The translations under genes were made by a program, and so were the position numbers. This document shows, piece after piece, positions 18,085 through 27,822 of a DNA stretch of 39,133 bases (position 1 is the first letter of the stretch; every line of letters begins with the position of its first letter). Under the pieces are notes generated by a model. That model did not search any database. It was given only the letters and a program-made list of their open reading frames with translations, and was not told the DNA's origin. The stretch is from Escherichia phage vB_EcoP-22664BS1, in sequence record MZ234009.1, one strand, 5' to 3'.

Positions 18085-18780
18085 ATGGCTAAAGAGCAAC
18101 TGAAGACTTTCACCACTCCGGTAGCTGGTATCGTTGAGCCTTACGCATGGCTGAACAAAGCAGACACCAAGTTTAACGAGCGTGGTGAGCATAAGGTTAA
18201 CCTGACATTCGACCTGAGCGACCCGAAGGTCCGTAAGATGATTGATGTCTTACAGAAGATTCACGACGATGCGTATGCGAAAGCACTCGCAGACCACGAG
18301 AAGAACCCACCTCAGGTTCAGCGTGGCAAGAAGCCTATTGAACCACGTGAAGGCGACATGCCGTGGATTGAGAATGGTGACGGTACTGTTACCCTTAAGT
18401 TTAAATGCTTTGCGTCTTACCTGAAAGACGGCAAGTCCGAGCCTATCGTATTACGGTTCTACGACACCGATGCTAAACTCATCCGTGACGTCCCGAATAT
18501 CTGCGCTGGGTCTAAGATGAAGGTCAAGTTTAAAGTCCTGCCGTTCAAGTGGAACGCTGCGACTGGTGCAAGCGTTAAGCTCCAGCTTGAGTCCTGCCTT
18601 CTGGTAGAACTGAAGGAGTGGAAAGGCGATGGTGGTGATGGTGGCTGGGGTGATGATGAAGACCTTGGTACTGGCTACAAAGCGCCAACCGATGGTGACT
18701 TCGGTGACGATGACTTTGGGTCTGACGATGGTTCCGAAGGTGGTGACGACTCCAACTCTGGTGGCGATTACGACTTCTAA
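18085..18780 (+). CDS. 2.5: Single-stranded DNA-binding protein (gp2.5)
   Basis: Colinear with T7 gp2.5 (GDMPW..NGDGT...FKCFAS, VKLQLES..LVEL); acidic C-terminal tail ending in F. Confidence 0.9.
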   Translation: MAKEQLKTFTTPVAGIVEPYAWLNKADTKFNERGEHKVNLTFDLSDPKVRKMIDVLQKIHDDAYAKALADHEKNPPQVQRGKKPIEPREGDMPWIENGDGTVTLKFKCFASYLKDGKSEPIVLRFYDTDAKLIRDVPNICAGSKMKVKFKVLPFKWNAATGASVKLQLESCLLVELKEWKGDGGDGGWGDDEDLGTGYKAPTDGDFGDDDFGSDDGSEGGDDSNSGGDYDF

Positions 18781-19232
18781 TGGCCCAATGGTCTGCAAAA
18801 CGGGGGCACTCTGTGGGTGCCTACCGCTCTGGACTTGAAGCCAAGAACCAGCAGTGGCTGGAACAGAACGGCGTCAAAGCGGAGTACGAAAGCCATTATA
18901 TCAACTATGTGATTCCGGCTTCCGACCACAAGTACACACCAGATTTTATCCTTCCCAACGGTATCATCGTGGAGACCAAAGGTATCTTCGATAGTGATGA
19001 CCGTAAGAAGCACCTTCTGGTACGAGAACAGCACCCAGAGTTAGACATCCGGTTCGTGTTCTCAAGTTCCCGCTCCAAGCTATACAAAGGGTCTCCGACC
19101 ACGTATGGCGCATGGTGCGAAAAGAACGGCTATAAGTATGCCGATAAGTTCATCCCGGTTGAGTGGCTCCGAGAGGCGACTGTACGTCTGCCTTCAGGTA
19201 TACTCATCCCCAAGAAGAAAGGAGTTAAGTGA
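18780..19232 (+). CDS. 3: Endonuclease I (gp3, Holliday junction resolvase)
   Basis: YVIPASDHKYTPDF.LPNGI.VETKG...DDRKKHLLVREQHPELDIRFVFSSSRSKLYKGSPT matches T7 gp3. Confidence 0.9.
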   Translation: MAQWSAKRGHSVGAYRSGLEAKNQQWLEQNGVKAEYESHYINYVIPASDHKYTPDFILPNGIIVETKGIFDSDDRKKHLLVREQHPELDIRFVFSSSRSKLYKGSPTTYGAWCEKNGYKYADKFIPVEWLREATVRLPSGILIPKKKGVK

Positions 19233-19723
19233 TGAGCAAGAAGTTTAAACTGTTAGTAGATGCGCATGGCTGGCCTAGTGGGACTATAGTTACCAAGTGT
19301 GAGAATGACCCCGTACCAGATTCAAGAATGACCCTAGTTGAGTGCCAGACTCCAGGCGCATACAAACATGGGTCTAACGGCTGCAATACTCAGCCTGAGG
19401 GTATGTGGGGAGCATGGGTCCTTAATTGGAAACTTGAGGAAATCAAGCCGGAAGAGAAACTCACTGGTGTCCAAACCACTCAAGTCCTGCCAGCTTCGAG
19501 CGTACCGCCTGTGACTTTGAAGCGTGAAGTCCTGACCATCGACAAGATTGGTGTAGGCCAGACGTTCATCGTCCATGGAAAGCCTGAAGAAGTTTACGTG
19601 AAGATTAGCAACTCACACGTCTTCAACCATAAGCATCTCCAGATGCACACCACGGACGCACAACGCTTCACCCAGCACCTGAATCTGGTTGTCGTAGAAT
19701 TGGTGGTGTACAATGGTAAGTAA
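19232..19723 (+). CDS. Hypothetical protein (163 aa) between endonuclease I and lysozyme; no T7 counterpart recognised
   Basis: ORF track 19229..19723; AGGAG 8 nt before ATG at 19232; TGATG overlap with gene 3. Confidence 0.55.
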   Translation: MSKKFKLLVDAHGWPSGTIVTKCENDPVPDSRMTLVECQTPGAYKHGSNGCNTQPEGMWGAWVLNWKLEEIKPEEKLTGVQTTQVLPASSVPPVTLKREVLTIDKIGVGQTFIVHGKPEEVYVKISNSHVFNHKHLQMHTTDAQRFTQHLNLVVVELVVYNGK

Positions 19724-20226
19724 GGTACAGTTCAATCCACGGTCCCGGACCGACGCTATCTTCGTTCACTGTTCGGCTACCAAGCCAGAGATGGACATCG
19801 GGGTAGAGACCATCCGTATGTGGCACAAGCAGCAAGGCTGGCTGGACGTAGGCTACCACAGAGACCATCCGTATGTGGCACAAGCAGCAAGGCTGGCTGG
19901 ACGTAGGCTACCACTTTATCATCAAGCGCGATGGTACTGTGGAAGAGGGACGCCCTGTCAATGTCGTAGGGTCACACGTTAAGGACTGGAACTCACGGTC
20001 TGTAGGCGTCTGCCTTGTAGGTGGAATTGACGCTAAGGGCAAGTTTGAAGCTAACTTCACTCCAGCCCAGATGAACTCCCTGCGCAACAAGCTGGCTGAC
20101 CTGAAGGACTTGTATCCTCAGGCAGAAATCAAGGCTCACCACGATGTAGCACCAAAGGCTTGCCCAAGTTTCGACTTGCAGCGCTGGCTTAACACTAACG
20201 AACTGGTCACTTCCGACCGAGGCTAA
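19713..20226 (+). pseudogene. 3.5: Lysozyme / N-acetylmuramoyl-L-alanine amidase (gp3.5) disrupted by a 55-bp tandem duplication (19805..19859 = 19860..19914) causing a frameshift
   Basis: Track ORFs 19713..19982 and 19873..20226 both match T7 lysozyme (N part TDAIFVHCSATKP...WHKQQGWLDVGYH; C part FIIKRDGTVE...HHDVAPKACPSFD...ELVTSDRG); the 55-bp unit is repeated exactly and deleting one copy restores one ORF of about 153 aa. Confidence 0.7.
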
Positions 20227-20240
20227 TAAGGAGAATTAAC

Positions 20241-20453
20241 ATGATTAAACTTATTGAATTTCTGGGTCGTCTGGTTGTGCGTGGCTATTCTCGTGCTGCG
20301 AGTGTGGAACGAAAAGTCGCATCTGCTGCGGCTAAAGGTGCGGAAGCGGCTGCTGCGGAAGCGGATAGTCTGCGCATCAAGTCTCTGGACGCTGGCCTAC
20401 GTGCCAAAGGTCTTGACAAGAAAGCCGAGCAACTGAAAGGCTTCTTCAGCTAA
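20241..20453 (+). CDS. Hypothetical Ala-rich small protein (70 aa)
   Basis: ORF track; RBS aaggaga. Confidence 0.5.
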   Translation: MIKLIEFLGRLVVRGYSRAASVERKVASAAAKGAEAAAAEADSLRIKSLDAGLRAKGLDKKAEQLKGFFS

Positions 20454-20471
20454 ACTATCACCTTAGGGATG
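20449..20471 (+). promoter_or_regulatory. Degenerate phage promoter-like sequence (caccttaggga; mismatches at -4/-3)
   Basis: ctaaactatcaccttagggatga. Confidence 0.35.
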
Positions 20472-20516
20472 AGACCACGAGTCTTGTCCCTTTGTTCGCA
20501 TTTGAGATTAAGAAAT

Positions 20517-20595
20517 GTCTCCATAGCTCAAACGGTAGAGCGGCGGGTCGTGATGGCCTATTGCGATTAGGGTTCGAATCCCCGTGGAGACGCCA
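20517..20595 (+). tRNA. tRNA-like element (canonical acceptor stem, D-arm, T-loop and encoded CCA; irregular anticodon arm; isotype unresolved, possibly anticodon CGU)
   Basis: gtctcca/tggagac 7-bp acceptor stem, gctc-aaacggta-gagc D-arm, ggttcgaatcc T-loop, 3' gcca; the anticodon arm only pairs with a G-G mismatch and the variable region is 9 nt. Confidence 0.4.
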
Positions 20596-20606
20596 CTAAG
20601 GAGTGA

Positions 20607-22310
<1,704 letters not shown>

Positions 22311-22354
22311 CCTAGAGTCACGACTTGAAGAGTCACTTAAGAGGAGAGTAACTC

Positions 22355-22519
22355 ATGCTACGAAAACTTAAAGCTCGCTACCATCGGTTCATGTACAAAT
22401 GGTGGAGCGATGAAGCAACCTTCCTGTCCAACATTCTGGGAGACCAGAGGTTCGACTCTGAGGCATGGAAGAAAGCTAACCGGAAGTTCATGTATCACTT
22501 CTTGCGTACAGACTTCTAG
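22355..22519 (+). CDS. Small protein (54 aa), gene 4.3/4.5 position
   Basis: RBS gaggaga; hand-translated MLRKLKARYHRFMYKWW... Confidence 0.4.
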   Translation: MLRKLKARYHRFMYKWWSDEATFLSNILGDQRFDSEAWKKANRKFMYHFLRTDF

Positions 22520-22520
22520 G

Positions 22521-22566
22521 TCTAGACTCAAGGTCATTCATAGCGAGTGGCCTTTATGATTAGACT
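22521..22566 (+). promoter_or_regulatory. Conserved hairpin element (RNase III-like, R4.7 position)
   Basis: tctagactcaaggtcattcatagcgagtggcctttatgatta closely resembles a recalled T7 RNase III site. Confidence 0.5.
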
Positions 22567-22583
22567 AAAGCGGAGGATTAACC

Positions 22584-24755
22584 ATGTTTGACCTTAAGAG
22601 TATCTGGGGTTCTGACATCGAGACCAACGGTCTCCTTGATACAGTCTCCCAGTTTCACTGTGGGGTCCTGATTAACGCCGAGTCGAATGAGACCCTTAAG
22701 TATGGGGTAGCTCCGATGGTCGGTATCGTCGGCGGCTTCAAAGAGTATGTTCATAAAGTGGAAGAGATTGCCGCATCACCTGATGGTATGCTGGTATTCC
22801 ATAACGGTATCAACTATGACGTCCCGGCTATAGACAAGCTGAAGCGTTTGTACTTTGGGAAACGCTTTAACTTCCCGAAACATAAGATGATTGATACCTT
22901 GGTGCTGGGACGCTTGATGTATCCAAACATTAAGTTCTCAGACATGGGCGCGGTGAAAGCTGGTCGTCTGCCACCTAAGATGATGGGACGCCAGTCTCTT
23001 GAGGCTTGGGGCTATCGTCTCGGTGAGATGAAAGGTGAGTACAAACACGATTACGTTGCCAAGTGCAAGGCTGAAGGTATCGAATATAAGGCTGGGGACG
23101 AATGGTTGTTCCCGTCTCAGGAGATGCTGGACTATAACGTTCAAGACGTTGTGGTCACACTGGCGTTGTTCAAGAAGTTCCTGACTGACAAGTATTACTT
23201 CCAGTCTGAACAGTTCGCTTTCGACCAGATTTATGCGTTGCGTCTGGAACATGATGCTGCGTGGACCTGTGCGAAGATGGAGCGTAACGGCTATCCGATG
23301 AACACCGAGATGGTCGAAGGCTTATATCGTGAACTCACTGTCAAACGTGCAGAGTTGCTGGACAAGCTGCGTTCGACTTTCGGTAGCTGGTACGCACCAA
23401 AGGGAGGCAAGGAGTTCTTCAGGCATCCACGGACAGGTAAGGACCTTCCGAAGTATCCGAGGGTCGTGTATCCTAAGGTCGGTGGCATCTTTAAGAAGCC
23501 GAAGAACAAAGCTCAACGCTTAGGTCTTGAACCTTGTGAACGCGATACGCGAGACACGATGGAAGGAGCACCATTCACGCCAATCACTTACGTTGAGTTT
23601 AATCCGGGAAGCGGAGACCACTTAGCGAAAGTCCTGATGGAGCGTGGCTGGGAGCCTGTTGACTTCACTGACACCGGGAAACCTGTAGTCGATGACGAGA
23701 CGTTGGAACACGTTAAGTTACCAGACGCAGAGGCTCAGGCTTGCGTAGAGCTGGTCCGTGAGTATCTGGTAGTCCAGAAGCGCATCGGTCAGGCTGCTGA
23801 AGGTAAGAACGCATGGTTGAAACTTGTAGGTCCAGACGGACGTATGCACGGCTCAATAAACCCATGCGGGGCAGTAACCGGACGTGCGACCCATAGTTCA
23901 CCAAACATGGCTCAGGTCCCGGCTAACGGTGCTCCATATGGTGAGACTTGCCGTGGTGCTTTCGGTGCAGCGTGGAACAAGAAGGACGGTAAGCCAGACC
24001 CTTGGATTCAAGTTGGTGTGGATGCATCAGGTCTTGAGCTTCGTTGTCTTGGGAACAGAGCGGCTCCGTTTGATGGTGGTGCATATGCGAAGACTGTGGT
24101 AGAAGGTGACATCCACTGGGCCAACGCAGTAAACGCTGGGTTAGCACCTAACGTCCAACGCGATAAGTCTAACCACGACCATGAGGCTTTCCGTAACAAC
24201 GCTAAGACGTTCATCTACGCGTTCCTGTATGGTGCAGGGGCCGCTAAGATTGGACTGATAGTAGGCGGTGGTAAGAAGGAAGGTTCAGCGCTCATGAAGA
24301 AATTCATTGAGGGTACACCAGCTATCAAGGACCTCAGGGAAGCTGTAAGTAATACGTTAATCTCAGACTCTAAGTGGGTGGACGGAGAGAACATCGTTAA
24401 ATGGAAACGTCGCTGGCTGAAAGGTCTGGATGGTCGTCGTATTCACATCCGGTCTCCACACTCAGCACTTAACGCCCTACTTCAGGGGGACGGTGCGGTT
24501 GTCTGTAAGCACTGGATGGTACTGACTGAGAAGAAACTTGAAGAGGCTGGTTACGGTAACGGATGGGACGGCGACTTTGCGCTAATGGCTTGGATTCACG
24601 ATGAATTGCAGATAGCGTGCCGTACTCAGGAGATAGCAGAAGATGTCGTCCGTATTGCTCAAGAGGCGATGCGCGAGGTCGGACGCTTCTATAACTTCAA
24701 GTGTGAACTTGATACGGAGGGTAAGATTGGACCAACGTGGAAAGAGTGTCATTGA
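22584..24755 (+). CDS. 5: DNA polymerase (gp5, family A with 3'-5' exonuclease)
   Basis: 723 aa; colinear with T7 gp5 (exo motif MFDLKSIWGSDIETNGL at N-terminus, polymerase motifs downstream). Confidence 0.97.
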   Translation: MFDLKSIWGSDIETNGLLDTVSQFHCGVLINAESNETLKYGVAPMVGIVGGFKEYVHKVEEIAASPDGMLVFHNGINYDVPAIDKLKRLYFGKRFNFPKHKMIDTLVLGRLMYPNIKFSDMGAVKAGRLPPKMMGRQSLEAWGYRLGEMKGEYKHDYVAKCKAEGIEYKAGDEWLFPSQEMLDYNVQDVVVTLALFKKFLTDKYYFQSEQFAFDQIYALRLEHDAAWTCAKMERNGYPMNTEMVEGLYRELTVKRAELLDKLRSTFGSWYAPKGGKEFFRHPRTGKDLPKYPRVVYPKVGGIFKKPKNKAQRLGLEPCERDTRDTMEGAPFTPITYVEFNPGSGDHLAKVLMERGWEPVDFTDTGKPVVDDETLEHVKLPDAEAQACVELVREYLVVQKRIGQAAEGKNAWLKLVGPDGRMHGSINPCGAVTGRATHSSPNMAQVPANGAPYGETCRGAFGAAWNKKDGKPDPWIQVGVDASGLELRCLGNRAAPFDGGAYAKTVVEGDIHWANAVNAGLAPNVQRDKSNHDHEAFRNNAKTFIYAFLYGAGAAKIGLIVGGGKKEGSALMKKFIEGTPAIKDLREAVSNTLISDSKWVDGENIVKWKRRWLKGLDGRRIHIRSPHSALNALLQGDGAVVCKHWMVLTEKKLEEAGYGNGWDGDFALMAWIHDELQIACRTQEIAEDVVRIAQEAMREVGRFYNFKCELDTEGKIGPTWKECH

Positions 24756-24786
24756 CCCTCGAACCCAGACCCTACGCTTCCACACC

Positions 24787-25068
24787 ATGCCTACCGGATG
24801 TATCGTCTGCGTGTCCCACAAGAGGAACCAAGATGGGTACTTCCGGTACTCCATGGGAAGCTACAGGAAGGGCAACAAGTTCGCCTTCATGTTCCACCGA
24901 TGGGTGTGGGAGCAGAAGCGCGGACCTATACCAAATGGCTACGAAATAGACCATTTGTGCTTGAACCGTGGGTGCTGCAACATAGAGCATCTACAGTGTA
25001 TTCCAAAACGCGAACACGTCATTAAGACGAACCGTGAGCGCAAACTTGTTAAGAAGGAGTGTCACTAA
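24787..25068 (+). CDS. HNH homing-endonuclease-like protein; start uncertain (ORF open from 24643, overlapping the polymerase 3' end)
   Basis: Cys/His pattern C..C..HKRN...H...N....H plus C..CC..EH; track ORF 24643..25068. Confidence 0.6.
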   Translation: MPTGCIVCVSHKRNQDGYFRYSMGSYRKGNKFAFMFHRWVWEQKRGPIPNGYEIDHLCLNRGCCNIEHLQCIPKREHVIKTNRERKLVKKECH

Positions 25069-25352
25069 TGGCTATTACTAAACGTATTCGTGTGAGTTTT
25101 GATCTGAAGATGGTTGTTAACTCAAAGGAAGAAGATACCATGTGTCGCCAACTGGCCGAGATGACTAAAGCCTACGCTGAGGGTGAGAAGCTGGATGGTC
25201 TTCAGTTGGCTATGGTCAAAACCGCAATCGAGTCAGGCCCTGAGTCTGCCCTTGAAATTGCCCTCAAGAAGACCATCAAGGATGAGCTGGTAGACGACTT
25301 TGGTTATGGCCAGTTCGGAGTATCTAACCTGCGATTCGAGGTCAAGCAATGA
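25068..25352 (+). CDS. 5.5: gp5.5-like protein
   Basis: MAITKRIRVSFDL resembles T7 gp5.5 N-terminus; RBS gaaggag 8 nt upstream; TAATG overlap. Confidence 0.65.
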   Translation: MAITKRIRVSFDLKMVVNSKEEDTMCRQLAEMTKAYAEGEKLDGLQLAMVKTAIESGPESALEIALKKTIKDELVDDFGYGQFGVSNLRFEVKQ

Positions 25353-25558
25353 GTGAATACTTACGGGTCCTAGCGGCCCTTAAGTCCTGCCCGAAGACCT
25401 TCCAGTCCAACTATGTGCGCAACAACGCTGCACTTGTGGCTGAGGCTGCGAGTCGTGGACATCTAAGCTGCCTGTCTATGGATGGGCGTAACAACGGTGC
25501 GTGGGAGATTACCGCTGCTGGCACCAAGTTCCTGAACCAACACGGAGGATGCCTGTGA
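25349..25558 (+). CDS. 5.7: gp5.7-like protein
   Basis: LKSCPKTFQSNYVRNNAALVAEAASRGH.SCL...GAWEITAAGTKFL is near-identical to recalled T7 gp5.7. Confidence 0.8.
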   Translation: MSEYLRVLAALKSCPKTFQSNYVRNNAALVAEAASRGHLSCLSMDGRNNGAWEITAAGTKFLNQHGGCL

Positions 25559-26421
25559 GCGAAAAGAAAATAGCTCTGGTGCTAGACGGTGACTACTTAG
25601 TGTTCTCTTCTATGGCTGCTGCCGAGGACGAGACAGACTGGGGTGATGGCATCTGGACCCTTATCTGCGACCATGAGAAGGCTCGTCGTATCCTTGAGAA
25701 CACCATCGCTGAAATCGTTAAGAAGCGTAAGGCGTGGAAAGACGCTAAGATTGTGATGTGCTTTACTGACGATAACAACTGGCGTAAGGACGTGCTACCT
25801 ACCTATAAGGCCAATCGTAAAGGTTCCCGCAAGCCTGTAGGTTACAAGAAGTTCGTAGCCGAAGTGATGGCTGACCCACGGTTCAACAGCTTCCTGCGTC
25901 CTACGCTTGAGGGCGATGACTGTATGGGTATCATCGGGACCAGACCTCAGATTGTTGGATGTGACCATGCGGTTCTGGTGTCCTGTGATAAGGACTTCAA
26001 GACCATCCCGAACTGTGAGTTCTTCTGGTTAACCACTGGTGAAATTCTGAGTCATACGACTGCTGAGGCAGACTACTGGCACATGGAGCAGACCATCAAG
26101 GGTGACACTACAGATGGCTACGGCGGGATTCCGGGGATGGGTGAGGACACCACTCGTGCGTTCCTTGACGAGCCGTACTACTTCGTGCAGGAGAGCCGTG
26201 AGCTTAAGACTGGAAAGAACAAAGGCCAGATTAAGACTGAGTGGAAGAAGTATCCTAAGCGTGAAGACATGACGCTGTGGGACTGCATGGTGACTCTGGC
26301 TGCTAAAGCTGGGATGACCGAGGAGGAACTTCTGGTCCAAGCTCAGGTAGCTCGTATTTGCCGAGCCTCCGACTACGACCCTAAGTCCAAGGAGGTCATC
26401 CTATGGACACCATCCATGTAA
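25555..26421 (+). CDS. 6: 5'-3' exonuclease (gp6), probable GTG start
   Basis: Colinear with T7 gp6 (LDGDYLVF, PTYKANRK...KPVGY, SCDKDFKTIPNCEF, KGDTTDGYGGIPG, KAGMTEE); RBS ggagga before GTG. Confidence 0.9.
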   Translation: MSEKKIALVLDGDYLVFSSMAAAEDETDWGDGIWTLICDHEKARRILENTIAEIVKKRKAWKDAKIVMCFTDDNNWRKDVLPTYKANRKGSRKPVGYKKFVAEVMADPRFNSFLRPTLEGDDCMGIIGTRPQIVGCDHAVLVSCDKDFKTIPNCEFFWLTTGEILSHTTAEADYWHMEQTIKGDTTDGYGGIPGMGEDTTRAFLDEPYYFVQESRELKTGKNKGQIKTEWKKYPKREDMTLWDCMVTLAAKAGMTEEELLVQAQVARICRASDYDPKSKEVILWTPSM

Positions 26422-26495
26422 TTTACTGGGCCGGACTTCTGGCCCTTTACTGCATGTACAAGTGGTTCGGGTCGAACAACCGTCCTAAACACTAA
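26403..26495 (+). CDS. Small hydrophobic peptide (30 aa), gene 6.3 position
   Basis: Hand-translated MDTIHVIYWAGLLALYCMYKWFGSNNRPKH; overlaps gene 6 end. Confidence 0.3.
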   Translation: MDTIHVIYWAGLLALYCMYKWFGSNNRPKH

Positions 26496-26547
26496 GTCTA
26501 ACCGATAGTCATATACTATCAATCCAACAGTCATCCATAGGTGAAAC

Positions 26548-26570
26548 ACTAAACTATCACTATAGGGACT
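26548..26570 (+). promoter_or_regulatory. Phage RNAP promoter (phi6.5-like)
   Basis: ctaaactatcactatagggact. Confidence 0.7.
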
Positions 26571-26631
26571 TTAGGACCTAAGATATGACTATAAGATAGA
26601 CTTTAGTCTTAACTTAAAGAGGAGATTCAAG

Positions 26632-26904
26632 ATGGCGCTTAATGCTATTGAAAACGTTGTTAAGCAATTACAGGAAGAAAGACTTGATGTCCCGAACATC
26701 TCCCAGTCTGCCATCCAGTTCCTGCACGTACTGTTCAACGCAAGCTACGCTGAGAAGATGGGAGCTATCAGTCTCCTCAAGCAGCAAGGCTACAGCGATG
26801 CGTTCATTGCCGGGTTCATCAAGGGTCTCCAGTATTGTTCTGACACTCTCGACTCTGCGATTGCTATGCGTCGTGAGCTGAAAGATACCGTTCAGTTCGA
26901 TTAA
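26632..26904 (+). CDS. gp6.5-like protein (by synteny)
   Basis: ORF track; RBS aagaggag. Confidence 0.45.
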   Translation: MALNAIENVVKQLQEERLDVPNISQSAIQFLHVLFNASYAEKMGAISLLKQQGYSDAFIAGFIKGLQYCSDTLDSAIAMRRELKDTVQFD

Positions 26905-26918
26905 CTGTAGGAGGGACT

Positions 26919-27143
26919 ATGTGTTTCAGTCCAAAGATTAGCACTCCGAAGCCTTCGGTCCAAGCACCTGAACCAGCACCTCTGAGTGAGGAAGTTGCGT
27001 CAGTTGACATCGGGGCTGAATCGGATGTGGACACCAACGAGACCAAAGGTATCAAAGACCTTAAGGTCAAGAAGGAGTCTGCACCTAAAGATAAATCGTC
27101 AGTAAGTCGCGCTATGCGTAACTCTGGCGTCAACATGGGGTAA
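26919..27143 (+). CDS. 6.7: gp6.7-like virion protein
   Basis: MCFSPKI.TPK...EPAPL..EV.SV matches T7 gp6.7 N-terminus. Confidence 0.75.
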   Translation: MCFSPKISTPKPSVQAPEPAPLSEEVASVDIGAESDVDTNETKGIKDLKVKKESAPKDKSSVSRAMRNSGVNMG

Positions 27144-27147
27144 GACA

Positions 27148-27570
27148 ATGCTACCATATCTCAACTCACGCGAAGGTCGCCACATGTGCGCTTGTCGCCT
27201 CTGGGAAGACGGGCAGTCTAACTTCAAGTCATTCGAGGACTTCAAGGCTCATACTTACCGTATGGCTGACGAGTTCGATGGTGAAGAGTACACAATCTAC
27301 GATGTCTCAGGTCAACCAGTAGCGTATCTCTACATGCTGGCTACCGCATCTTGGCACCGACCGACTCCAGGTCTTGACCTTTCAATCGTTGCTATTCGTC
27401 GTGACTCGCAGTCCTCCCGCAAGGTTCTTGAGACGGTCAGACACATCATAGACGAAGAGTGCAAGCGTTGGGGTCTTGGCTGGTATTCTCGTATCAAGCA
27501 TGTTTCCGGGTCGGTAGACATCGTAACAACCAAGTGCGTTAGCACGAACAAGGAGATTAACCGTGGGTAA
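27148..27570 (+). CDS. gp7-like protein (by synteny)
   Basis: ORF track; position between 6.7 and 7.3. Confidence 0.5.
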   Translation: MLPYLNSREGRHMCACRLWEDGQSNFKSFEDFKAHTYRMADEFDGEEYTIYDVSGQPVAYLYMLATASWHRPTPGLDLSIVAIRRDSQSSRKVLETVRHIIDEECKRWGLGWYSRIKHVSGSVDIVTTKCVSTNKEINRG

Positions 27571-27811
27571 ATCAATCAGTAAGGCCTTCAGTAAAGTAGT
27601 AAAAGGTGCTTTAGGGACCGTTGGTCTTGGTTCTAACGATGCACCTAAGGTTGTTGAGGCTCAGACCCCAGCAGCACCAGTGGAAGTACCGAACGACAAA
27701 GTGGAGGATGTGGATACTGAAACAACCGCATCTGACGAGAAGAAAGTGAAGCGCTCCGGTAAGCGTAGCCTTCAGGTCTCTCGTACATCTGGTGGCGGTA
27801 TTTCTATATAA
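27563..27811 (+). CDS. 7.3: gp7.3-like tail/host-range protein, GTG start
   Basis: Lys/Ala-rich N-terminus and C-terminal KRS..VSRTSGGGI resemble T7 gp7.3; RBS aaggaga. Confidence 0.7.
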   Translation: MGKSISKAFSKVVKGALGTVGLGSNDAPKVVEAQTPAAPVEVPNDKVEDVDTETTASDEKKVKRSGKRSLQVSRTSGGGISI

Positions 27812-27822
27812 GGAGGTGACGA

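Noticed and set aside
19873-20226. Treating the lysozyme C-terminal fragment as an independent intact gene
   Set aside because: Its Met start is created inside the second copy of the 55-bp duplication and it lacks the N-terminal part of the amidase; it is better explained as part of a disrupted gene 3.5.
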